This document shows, one piece after another, positions 9,980 to 17,780 of a stretch of DNA of 64,000 bases. The stretch's first letter is position 1. Each line of letters starts with the position of its first letter. The stretch is from Planctomycetota bacterium (GTDB taxonomy: Bacteria > Planctomycetota > OFTM77). The stretch is from the NCBI GenBank assembly GCA_029260795.1, contig JAJDCO010000053.1, positions 68,414 to 132,413 of the forward strand, in the 5' to 3' direction. The translations under genes were made by a program, and so were the position numbers. Below the pieces are notes generated by a model. That model was not told the DNA's origin. It saw only the letters and a list, made by a program, of their open reading frames with translations, and searched no databases.

Positions 9980-12823
9980 TCAGTCCCGAAGCTCCCAGCG
10001 CAGCTCACCCGAGAGCGTCCCGGAGATTCCCGGTCGGGCGGCCCGTCGAAAGCGTCGGCGAGCGGCCTCGTCGAGAGCGTGCACTTCGCCATCGGCCCGG
10101 TACTCGCTCTCCTGCTCGCCATCTCGGGAGCAGGTGAGCGTCAGAGCATGCTCGACACCACCGTCTCGGATCACGAGGTCGACTCGGGAGCCCGGCCGAG
10201 GCTCGACTCCGAACGGATGTCGCGGGTGTACTTCGGCCAAGCCCACGATCGTCATCACGGCAGAGCCCGAGAGCCGACCGGAGTCGGACCGACCCCGACG
10301 GGAGCTCGAGACGACCGGATCGGAGGCGCGGCTCTTGCCATCTGAATCCCGAACACCCGATGCGGTCGGGCTGCTCGAGAGACCGGCGATGGATCCGGCG
10401 GCGCGACCGAGCCGTGCACCGGCGGAAGGGCCCGAAGGGCTGGCGGGCCGTGATCCGATTGCACTGGCGGAGGGGCTCGAAGGCCTCGCGGGTCGTGATC
10501 CGAATGCACCGGCGGAAGGGCTCGAAGGCCTCGCAGGGTCCGGGCGGTTCGAGAGACCGGCGATGGATCCGGCTGCGCGACCGAGCCGCGCTCCGGCCGA
10601 GGACCCGGTGGGACCCGGAGGTCGTGAGCCGCGTAGACCGGCCGAGGGTCCTGAAGGTCTCGCAGGACCCGGATCGTCCGGGACGCCTGCGATGGATCCG
10701 GCCGCGGGGCCAGCCGAAGGGCCGGAGGGACCCGCGGATCGGGGGCCGGACGAAGACGAAGCAGAGCCGGAGCCACGACGAGAAGGTGCCTCCGGAGGTC
10801 GGTCCTCACTGCCGCGCGTCGAGCGTGTGCGCGGACGGGCCGACCGGCCGCGGCGTGGCTCGGGTTCCGGCTCGGCGTCGGAGCGCGGCGCCGTCGGGCG
10901 AGCTCCGGTCGCCCGGCGTCGGCTCGCCCGGCTCTCTGAAGCTCCGGTTCCTCCGCTACCCGAAGCGTCCGCGCGGGATCCCGAGTGAGGGAATCCTCCG
11001 CCGGCGCCGCCGCCCACGCCGATTCCGGACGGCTCGGGAGAGCTGTCGGAGGCTCGTGTGCGATCTCGAGGAAGTCGGGCACCACCGCCAGAAGCCGCGC
11101 CGGCGCCGCGACGGCTCGAGGAGCGGGAAGGGGCATCGGCGCGGTTTCGTCCGCGGGCTCTGGAGGGGGGCGTGTCTTCGGGTAGCGTCTCCGTCGCTCG
11201 CGCTCCTCGTCTCGAAGATCCGGATCCCGTCTCCGGGGCCACGTCGGCACCGCGTCGATTCAAGGCGCGGGGAGCGGTTTCGGTGCCGCGCACACGACGA
11301 CCGACGCTCGGTGGCAGGCCCGGCGCGTCTTCGGTGGCGAGAGCTCGACGACCGGTACTGCCCGCTTTCGCACCCGGCAATCGAGGTGCGGCAGCTCGGC
11401 CGGAACCGGAACGGGCACTTCTCTGGCCACGCGCTCCCAATGTGGAGCGTGCGGTGCCCTCGCGGCTGCTGAGGCGGAGCCCCGGCCCGTCCGCGTATCG
11501 CTCGAGCACGCTCTTCAGCCAGGCGCGCCCTCGGGGTGAGAAGGGCATGACGCGATCGTCTTCCCAATAACGAGCCGTGACGCGACCGTCGCTCCTCCGC
11601 TCGAGGCGGAGCTGACGCGACTCGTCGGGCGTCCGCATCCAGCAGACGGTTCCGGTCCCGAGAGAGAGGCGGCCACTCCGAATGGTGAGGTCGCCTTGGA
11701 CTTCGAGGTCCGTGACGTCGTCCTCCGACACTTCGGCCACGGGGAGACCGTCCTCGGGGTCTGGCTGGGTCCATCGAGCCGTGCCCACGGAGAAGATCAG
11801 AGTGGTGAGGCCCAAGAGGGGCCAAAGAGCGGCCGCACCGCGTTGTCGCGGGCGGGCCTGTCGAACGAGTGACATGAGTCTTTCCTCCAATTCGGATCGG
11901 CGGGCCATCGCCAACGTGGCGAGGCCACGGGAGTGAGACGATTGGAGTGCCACGGTCATCAGCTGCCGCGCGTAGAGCGACGCCGAGATTCCGTTTGCGA
12001 TCACGGCCTCGTCACAGGCCTTCTCGCGCTCGAGGCGTGCGCGCCGCCACGCCGCCCAGAGAAAGGGGTCGAACCAGTACACTGAGCAGAGGAATCGGGC
12101 CGCGATGAGCGCGATCCAGTCGTGTCGGCGAATGTGCGTGAGCTCGTGCATGAGGACGACGCGGCGTTGCTCTTTGGGCCACGACCGCGCATCGATCGGT
12201 AGGAGAACGAAGGGCTTCAGCCAACCGCCCGTCATGGGGGAGGAGACGCCTCCGGAGAAATGCAGCGCGGGCGTTCGCGTGAGTCCGACGGTCGAGGCGA
12301 CCGCATTCACGAGCAGCCGCCACTCTTCGGTCTGATCGGGGGAGGCCTGGCGCGTCAGGCCACGAGCTCGCCGCAGGCCGAGGCCGAGAGCCGTCAACTT
12401 CGCGAGTGCGATCACGAGCCAAATCCCGACCAATGCTTCGGACCACGAGACGGGCGTTGGCTCGGTGATCTCGATCGGGGCCGCGGTGACCGTCGGCAGA
12501 AGCTCGGCCTCCGGCACATCCGTCGGGAGCGCTCGATCTTCCGAGGCCGTGGGCGGAGTAACGAGGAGCGCTTCTGAGACGGCTTCGTTCTCGGGGATCG
12601 CCGACGAGGATTCGAGGCCGGGCAGTCGCCAGCCAGGGAGAAGGCTGAGCAGTGGAGCGAGAGCGACCCCGGAGAAGAGCAGCGACCAAAGAGCGACCCG
12701 TTGCCGGGCCGGCCGATGTCTCAGCAGCGTGGCCAGCAACCATGCTCCGATCGAGAGCGCCAGCACTCGCCCCGCGATCTCGCTCGCCGCGGGCAGGGAC
12801 TCGAGGATCGCCGGGACGGTCAT
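9980..12823 (-). CDS. BlaR1/MecR1-like M56 metallopeptidase sensor with a ~400-aa low-complexity insert between two C-terminal modules
   Basis: 947-aa ORF. It has N-terminal TM helices and HELTHIRRHDW (the HEXXH of family M56). Residues ~370-450 and ~856-947 form two similar modules (RYWEDDRVMPF..RAWL versus EYRADGEVHAL..ARRRF). Between them is an Arg/Ser/Gly/Pro/Ala-rich region. The start overlaps the blaI-like stop (ATGA). Confidence 0.75.
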   Translation of the reverse strand: MTVPAILESLPAASEIAGRVLALSIGAWLLATLLRHRPARQRVALWSLLFSGVALAPLLSLLPGWRLPGLESSSAIPENEAVSEALLVTPPTASEDRALPTDVPEAELLPTVTAAPIEITEPTPVSWSEALVGIWLVIALAKLTALGLGLRRARGLTRQASPDQTEEWRLLVNAVASTVGLTRTPALHFSGGVSSPMTGGWLKPFVLLPIDARSWPKEQRRVVLMHELTHIRRHDWIALIAARFLCSVYWFDPFLWAAWRRARLEREKACDEAVIANGISASLYARQLMTVALQSSHSRGLATLAMARRSELEERLMSLVRQARPRQRGAAALWPLLGLTTLIFSVGTARWTQPDPEDGLPVAEVSEDDVTDLEVQGDLTIRSGRLSLGTGTVCWMRTPDESRQLRLERRSDGRVTARYWEDDRVMPFSPRGRAWLKSVLERYADGPGLRLSSREGTARSTLGARGQRSARSGSGRAAAPRLPGAKAGSTGRRALATEDAPGLPPSVGRRVRGTETAPRALNRRGADVAPETGSGSSRRGARATETLPEDTPPSRARGRNRADAPSRSSSRRGAGAASGGGARLPRDRTRASDSSPEPSGIGVGGGAGGGFPHSGSRADASGSGGTGASESRASRRRATGARPTAPRSDAEPEPEPRRGRSARPRTRSTRGSEDRPPEAPSRRGSGSASSSSGPRSAGPSGPSAGPAAGSIAGVPDDPGPARPSGPSAGLRGSRPPGPTGSSAGARLGRAAGSIAGLSNRPDPARPSSPSAGAFGSRPARPSSPSASAIGSRPASPSGPSAGARLGRAAGSIAGLSSSPTASGVRDSDGKSRASDPVVSSSRRGRSDSGRLSGSAVMTIVGLAEVHPRHPFGVEPRPGSRVDLVIRDGGVEHALTLTCSRDGEQESEYRADGEVHALDEAARRRFRRAARPGISGTLSGELRWELRD
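10375..10720. repeat. in-frame tandem repeats inside the BlaR1-like CDS
   Basis: Three consecutive 45-bp units occupy 10416-10460, 10461-10505 and 10506-10550 (gcaccggcggaaggg...gtgatccg-like). A ~40-bp segment (tcgagagaccggcgatggatccggc.gcgcgaccgagccg) recurs at 10375 and 10549, a period of 174 bp, with a degenerate third copy near 10684. Confidence 0.8.
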
Positions 12824-13227
12824 CGTTCTTCCTCCGCTTCGCGCAAACGCTCGATGAGCGATTCGAGGCGAGCCACGTCGTCGGGAGAGAGCTCGGGGCG
12901 TCGCAGGTCGAGCAATGCCGCGAGCGCGCCCTCGGCCGAGCCGTCGAAGAAAGTCTCGACGACCTGCTCGAGAGCCGAGCGGCGTGCCCGGTCGCGAGAG
13001 ACGGTCGGAAGGTAGACGTAGCGCGGTCCATCCTGCCGGTGCTTGAGGTGCCCCTTCTCGACCAGGATGCGCAGGATCGAGCGAACGGCGGCGTTGCTGG
13101 TGCCGTCCGCGAGCCCGGCTTGCACCTCGGAGGCGGTGGCCTCCTCGAGGCCGTAGAGAAGGTTCATCACCTGCCGCTCTCTTCGGCTGAGCTCCGGCAG
13201 CGGTGCCTTTCGCTTCGAACGCGCCAT
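12820..13227 (-). CDS. BlaI/MecI/CopY family transcriptional repressor
   Basis: 135 aa from the ATG at 13227 (MARSKRKAPLPELSRRERQVMNLLY). It has a winged-helix core (AVRSILRILVEKGHLKHRQDGPRYVYLP). It lies directly upstream of the M56 gene and is translationally coupled to it. Confidence 0.85.
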   Translation of the reverse strand: MARSKRKAPLPELSRRERQVMNLLYGLEEATASEVQAGLADGTSNAAVRSILRILVEKGHLKHRQDGPRYVYLPTVSRDRARRSALEQVVETFFDGSAEGALAALLDLRRPELSPDDVARLESLIERLREAEEER

Positions 13228-13344
13228 GAACGATTGCTCATAAGAAGGAATGAATGAACGGTAGATTGGCGAGCGTCGCTCGACGCGCCGCCGATGACGT
13301 GAGACTCCAAACAGACTACGCACCGAGTCGTCGCTCTGCGAGCC

Positions 13345-13385
13345 TCAAGTGTAGAAAAATCTTCACTATGAAGAAAAATCAACCC
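13345..13385 (-). promoter_or_regulatory. AT-rich palindromic element upstream of the blaI-like gene (operator, promoter or weak terminator)
   Basis: This is the only AT-rich patch in the 13228-18 intergenic region. It contains the inverted repeat TCTTCA-cta-TGAAGA (13360-13374), flanked by GAAAAATC on both sides. On the minus strand the hairpin is followed by TTTTT. Confidence 0.25.
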
Positions 13386-13518
13386 CGACGTCCGCAGCGC
13401 CTCCGAGAAAGGGAGTCCCCGGAAAGGCCCGGCTTCCCCGATGCTGACGCCGAGACCGAAGCGGGTCGAACGCGATTCGTCGGCGCGGCTCGCGCGGCTC
13501 GCGCGGCCCGCTCGAGCG

Positions 13519-15672
13519 TCAGGGCGTCTTCTGCACGTTGCCGAGCCCCGAGACGTTGAGCGCCTCGACCAGCCCGATCCCGACGAAGAAGTAGTCTTGG
13601 TCCTCACCGACGGAGAGGTTCCAACCGTATCCGACCTGGAGCAGGTCGCCCAAGATCGTCAGGTGGGCACCGACTCCGATCTCGACCGCATCATCGTCGA
13701 AGTTGAGGGCGGCGACGTTGAGACCGAGACCCGGATCGAGCCCATTCCAAAAAGGCGCCCAGCCATCCGACTCTCGAGTCTCCTCCTCCTTGCGGTAGTG
13801 GAGGGTCCACGAGACGCCGGGCGCTGCTTGAAAGCTCTCATCATCGCGAGGCACGGGGGTGCCGTTGACGAACCGCCGGCGACCGCGGCCTTGACGATTC
13901 GCGAAGATGACGTGCGAGTCGAGAGTCGGATAGAGCCCGCGCCCGATCACCTCGAGCGTCTGTCGGTGCTCGGCGAGCGGCGGCTTTCCCTCTTCGCCGC
14001 TCACGAGCTGCGCCACGATCTCGACTCGCTCTCCCGGGCTGGCCAACCGGTCCAGGTTGAACGCACCCGGCAACACCTCGTCGATGGGGCGCTCGATCAC
14101 GTCGTCGGCGAGCTCCGCGCCGATGTCCTCCTTCTCGACGTTCTCGCTCAGTCCGAGCGTGAATCCGCCGGCGGCGAGCTCCTGGCCGAGGCTCGTCACG
14201 AAGTTGGAGACGGCTGGGTAGTCGTCGAACATCGGCACGGCTTCGCGCAGCGCATCGATGGCCAGGTCCTGAAGGTTGGCTCGCAGGGTCTGGGCGACGC
14301 TCTTCACGGCCGGCGTGAGTCCTTCGATGGCGGTGTCGATCAACGCTTCGACCGTCGCCAGCTCTCGAGCGACGCCCCGGATCTCCTCGACGACCGTCCC
14401 GAGCCGCGTCGGAATCGTTCCGACTCGCTTGGCCAGCGCGAAGACCTGCGAGGGATCGGTGAGCCGATCGTTGCCCAGATCGTCCAAGAGAGTCTCGACC
14501 TCGGTGCGGAGCGTATCGAAGTTACCCTTCACGCTTCGGAACCGGGTGGCGAGGTCGCGAAGGCGAGTGACGAGGTCGGCACCGGCACCGTTGTCCTCGA
14601 GCACGGTCGCCAGCTCGTCCAAGTCGGCGACGGCGAACTCTTCGAGGCGGTCGCCCAGGCTGCGCACGAAATCACCCAGCTTGGTGCGCAGCTCACGAGA
14701 GAAGTCCCGGAGCCGCTTGCGCAAATCGGAGTCGTCGTCCCGCAGGTCATTGAGGAATCGTGCCCAATCGGCCGACAGGGCGAAGCGACGCTGCACCTCC
14801 TCCCAACGCTTTTCGGGGATGCCGAGCAAGCTCTTGGGAGCGTTGCCACCGCCCGTCTCGAGTGTGTCGTAGTTCTCGATGTGGAGTCGTGAGCGCTCGC
14901 CGGCGCTGTTGACGAGGTAGGCGAGGAGCTTGAGGCGATGCGCGTCGCGCCCGCTCTCGATAGCCTCGCGATCGCGCGCGATGCGCTTCTCCAAGGTCTG
15001 TACCCGGAACTCGATCAGCTCCGTCGCGACGGCGATCGACAACGGCTCGCCGTCGGGCAAGAGGCGGTCCTCGAAGTCGAAGATGAACTCCTCGGTGGCG
15101 GAGTTCAGGAAGTCGCCGGTCTCGGGATCGGTATCCAGACGCAGCCCTTCGGAGCGCGCGTAGTCCTCGAGCGCGCTGCTCAGAACCCGTATCAAGCGCT
15201 CGGTCACCTCGGCGCGCTGACGGACGGCGTCCTTCAACGCTTCGATCTCTCGGCGGGAGGCCTCGAGGCCTTGGGACCGCATCGCCTGCACGTCGGCATC
15301 GACGCGGCGAGACAGTCGAACGTAGTCCTGGAGCGAATCGATCAGCCGTCGCGTCTCGACGAGCTCTTGCGCTTCCTGGTCCGACTCGGCCGCGATGGCA
15401 TCGCTCTGCGTCGAGCCGGCGGCCAGCTGGCGCAGCTTCTCGCGGTCAGGATCGATCCGCACGCGGCTGCGATAGTCGAGCGGGCCGAGATGGCGCTGGC
15501 TGTCGATCGCGTTCTGCTCACCGTCGTGCGTGCGCTCCTCGACGGAGAGGGTCTGAGCGAGGCCAGTGTCCGATTGGTCGGGAGGCGAAGGGGGAGAAAC
15601 CGTGCGACAGGCGGCGATCGTGAGGAGTGGCAAAAGAAGGACGAGGCGTCTTGCCCTGCTGCTCGGGATCAC
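13519..15672 (-). CDS. large hypothetical lipoprotein, coiled-coil-rich with a beta-rich C-terminus
   Basis: 717 aa, GTG start. The N-terminus MIPSSRARRLVLLLPLLTIAAC carries a lipobox. A long Glu/Leu/Arg/Asp-rich helical region ends in a Gly/aromatic beta-like segment (GYGWNLSVGEDQDYFFVGIGLVEAL). Confidence 0.6.
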   Translation of the reverse strand: MIPSSRARRLVLLLPLLTIAACRTVSPPSPPDQSDTGLAQTLSVEERTHDGEQNAIDSQRHLGPLDYRSRVRIDPDREKLRQLAAGSTQSDAIAAESDQEAQELVETRRLIDSLQDYVRLSRRVDADVQAMRSQGLEASRREIEALKDAVRQRAEVTERLIRVLSSALEDYARSEGLRLDTDPETGDFLNSATEEFIFDFEDRLLPDGEPLSIAVATELIEFRVQTLEKRIARDREAIESGRDAHRLKLLAYLVNSAGERSRLHIENYDTLETGGGNAPKSLLGIPEKRWEEVQRRFALSADWARFLNDLRDDDSDLRKRLRDFSRELRTKLGDFVRSLGDRLEEFAVADLDELATVLEDNGAGADLVTRLRDLATRFRSVKGNFDTLRTEVETLLDDLGNDRLTDPSQVFALAKRVGTIPTRLGTVVEEIRGVARELATVEALIDTAIEGLTPAVKSVAQTLRANLQDLAIDALREAVPMFDDYPAVSNFVTSLGQELAAGGFTLGLSENVEKEDIGAELADDVIERPIDEVLPGAFNLDRLASPGERVEIVAQLVSGEEGKPPLAEHRQTLEVIGRGLYPTLDSHVIFANRQGRGRRRFVNGTPVPRDDESFQAAPGVSWTLHYRKEEETRESDGWAPFWNGLDPGLGLNVAALNFDDDAVEIGVGAHLTILGDLLQVGYGWNLSVGEDQDYFFVGIGLVEALNVSGLGNVQKTP

Positions 15673-16070
15673 GTCAGGCCCTCCTCATCGTCTTGCTGCT
15701 CGCCGATCGCGAAGGCCAGCTCCACCTGCAGGCGGCGTTTGGCGTCGCCCGAGCGCAATGCGGCCGCGATCGTGTCCTCGAGCCCGTAGACGACAGAGAC
15801 GACCTTCGCGGAGCCCGGCAGAGCATCCTGCATCTCGTCGAGCAGGGAGGCGTCCAGCACCGACGTGTCCGGTGCATAGACGACGCGTCGCGTGCCCGGG
15901 AAGGCCTCCGCCCGCCCGATCGCGATCTCGAGCATGCGCTCGATTCCGCGCGGCTTGCCCACGATCAGATACACGACCGAGACGGGCTCGGCGATCAAGC
16001 TGCGCAGGATCGCCATGGAATCGCCGGCATTGGGGTCGGACTTCGTCGGCAAGACCGTGAAGATGGCCAT
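15669..16070 (-). CDS. hypothetical protein (133 aa) co-transcribed with the 717-aa lipoprotein
   Basis: The ATG at 16070 is preceded by GGAGGG. Its stop overlaps the downstream GTG start (GTGA). The alternating beta/alpha pattern suggests a Rossmann-like fold. No family was recognised. Confidence 0.55.
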   Translation of the reverse strand: MAIFTVLPTKSDPNAGDSMAILRSLIAEPVSVVYLIVGKPRGIERMLEIAIGRAEAFPGTRRVVYAPDTSVLDASLLDEMQDALPGSAKVVSVVYGLEDTIAAALRSGDAKRRLQVELAFAIGEQQDDEEGLT

Positions 16071-16200
16071 GTCACCCTCCAAAGCTCTCGGAACCGCGCC
16101 AGTACGAGTTGTCGGCCGTTCTCCCGATCGGCCATTTTCCCGTCGGGAGCCTACGAGGACGGGTCACTCGATGCCACGAGAATTCGAGGCCCCTTCGATC

Positions 16201-16686
16201 TCACCGGTCAGTCTTGTCCATCTGCGCGAAGGTCACGACGTGGCCGCCTGGTGTCCAGATGGCGATCTCGGTGCTGCCATAGAAGGTCTTGCGCTCTTCG
16301 AAGATGTGCCGGTCGCCGGCGAGTGCCTTTCGAAAGGGCTCGAGATCTTCGACCTCGATGAAGAGAGCGGTCGTTTTGATCGCTTCCGCGACGGCCGGGA
16401 CGTCCTTTTCGACGCTTGCCTTGGTCTGGATCATCAGCTCGATGCCGTCGCGCTCCATCATCACGAACCAGAGCCGATCGCCTTCGGGCACCTCGGCCGT
16501 CTTCTTGAATCCGAGCCGATCGACCCACAGCTCGAGGCAGGGCTCGATCGTGTCGACGACCAGGATGGGGGTCATGCGCTTGAGCTTCATGGCGGGTTTC
16601 TCCGTCGCCTGGGTTGCGTCTTGAAGTGAGAAGCCGAGCGTACCCGCCAGCAGCCCGGCGGTCGCGATCCAGTGGGACCATTTCAT
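16201..16686 (-). CDS. VOC (glyoxalase/bleomycin-resistance) family protein with signal peptide
   Basis: Only the last 161 aa of the 485-aa track ORF look real, starting at the ATG at 16686 (MKWSHWIATAGLLAGTLG...). The VOC-like core is MTPILVVDTIEPCLELWVDRLGF...GIELMIQ...TEIAIWTPGGHVVTFAQ. Confidence 0.75.
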   Translation of the reverse strand: MKWSHWIATAGLLAGTLGFSLQDATQATEKPAMKLKRMTPILVVDTIEPCLELWVDRLGFKKTAEVPEGDRLWFVMMERDGIELMIQTKASVEKDVPAVAEAIKTTALFIEVEDLEPFRKALAGDRHIFEERKTFYGSTEIAIWTPGGHVVTFAQMDKTDR

Positions 16687-16782
16687 CGAGTCGCTCCAGT
16701 GAAGGTGAAGGGATTCTCTCTGACGACTATCGATTGCAACGAATGCGGTCGCCTGCGTCTTGGAAGAATGGAACATGAAAAG

Positions 16783-17052
16783 GGAACCGCGCCGCGAAGA
16801 GAAGGCCCAGGGAACCGCGCCGCGAAGCAAGCGGCCGTGGGCAGGCGTCCGCTCATGAAGCGCTGACCGCGAGCGAAGCAAGCGGCACCGGCTCTCGAAC
16901 GGAGGAGGTCGCCCATGGCGTCCCCCAAAGCAAGGGCCCCGGAGCGGCGAAGGCCCGAAGGAACCGCGCCGCGAAGCAAGCGGCCCAAGACCGATCGCCG
17001 CCTCATCCAGCGACAACCGCGAGCGAAGCAAGCGGCACCAGACCGATCGCCT
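16783..17052. repeat. intergenic direct-repeat cluster (two ~80-bp units plus degenerate copies)
   Basis: ggaaccgcgccgcgaagcaagcggcc occurs at 16811 and 16960, with a shorter copy at 16783. accgcgagcgaagcaagcggcacc occurs at 16866 and 17016. agaccgatcgcc occurs twice. The blocks 16811-16889 and 16960-17039 align along their length. Confidence 0.8.
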
Positions 17053-17780
17053 CAGTCGCGTTCCCGCAACCACTCGGTGGGCGAGACTCCGGCGAGCTCG
17101 CGGCAGTCGAGGCAGAAGTGGGGCTGGTCGGCATAGCCGGACGCCAGCGCGACACCGACCAGATCGGTCGGTCGCTTCTCGAGCATCACGAGCGCCGCCT
17201 GCAAGCGATAGATGCGCTGGAGCTGCTTGGGGCCGAAGCCCACCTGACTCCGAAAGAGCCGGCTCAGGTGTTGACGGGTGACGTTCAGCTCCGAGGCCAC
17301 GTGGTCGATCGACACTCCGCCGCGATCCAGCCTGCGACGGGCGGCTGCCACGCGCGGGTCGACCGTTCGTTCCCGAGCGCGCTCGGCCAGCGAGGTCATC
17401 CAGCGCTCGATGCGCTGCGCCGGAGGCGCATCGACGACGGGATGCCAGGCCAGGCTCGGTGCCAGATCCGCCAGGGGCACCGTGCGATCGGTGAGCTCGT
17501 GGGCGGGGAGGCCCAGGATAGCGGCCGCACCACCGGGGCGAAATCGCACCGCCAACAGATCGATCGCACTCGAGGTCTCGATGACCTGAGCGCGCGTCAT
17601 CGCTCCGACGACGCGGGGATCGGCTTGAGCCTCGAGGTCGATGAGGATGTCGATGCATCCGTCGGGCAAGACCCGGACCCGGCTCGGGCCTTCATCGGCG
17701 GCGGCGCGATGTGTCCAAAAGCACTCGACGAAGGGCGCCAGGATCGGTGGCGGGGCGAGCTCGCGGTAGCCGCCGCTCAA
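17052..17780 (-). CDS. AraC family transcriptional regulator
   Basis: 242 aa with a C-terminal AraC-type HTH (HVASELNVTRQHLSRLFRSQVGFGPKQLQRIYRLQAAL ... GYADQPHF). The start ATG overlaps the ileS stop (ATGA at 17777-17780). Confidence 0.85.
   Translation of the reverse strand: MSGGYRELAPPPILAPFVECFWTHRAAADEGPSRVRVLPDGCIDILIDLEAQADPRVVGAMTRAQVIETSSAIDLLAVRFRPGGAAAILGLPAHELTDRTVPLADLAPSLAWHPVVDAPPAQRIERWMTSLAERARERTVDPRVAAARRRLDRGGVSIDHVASELNVTRQHLSRLFRSQVGFGPKQLQRIYRLQAALVMLEKRPTDLVGVALASGYADQPHFCLDCRELAGVSPTEWLRERD

Noticed and set aside
9903-10988. Plus-strand 361-aa ORF with striking PAMDPAARPSRAPAEGPEGLAGRDP repeats.
   Set aside because: It is the antisense reading of the tandem-repeat region inside the BlaR1-like gene. 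The minus-strand frame is continuous with a bona fide M56 domain upstream and a recognisable C-terminal module downstream. The plus ORF has no start context or flanking domain.
16783-17052. Possible CRISPR array, suggested by the ~50-nt periodic core cgaagcaagcggc.
   Set aside because: The repeats are degenerate and of two alternating types. The spacing is irregular (50, 99 and 51 nt). The spacer-equivalent segments are themselves similar between units. No cas genes are present in the window.
16687-17658. N-terminal 324 aa of the 485-aa track ORF 16201-17658. Similar extensions: 39553-40173 of ORF 38596-40173, and the N-terminal extensions of pepA, ileS, the GT2 gene and the SIS gene.
   Set aside because: The extensions overlap other real genes or repeat DNA and have junk-like composition. 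Internal ATGs with Shine-Dalgarno-like sequences yield proteins of canonical family length.
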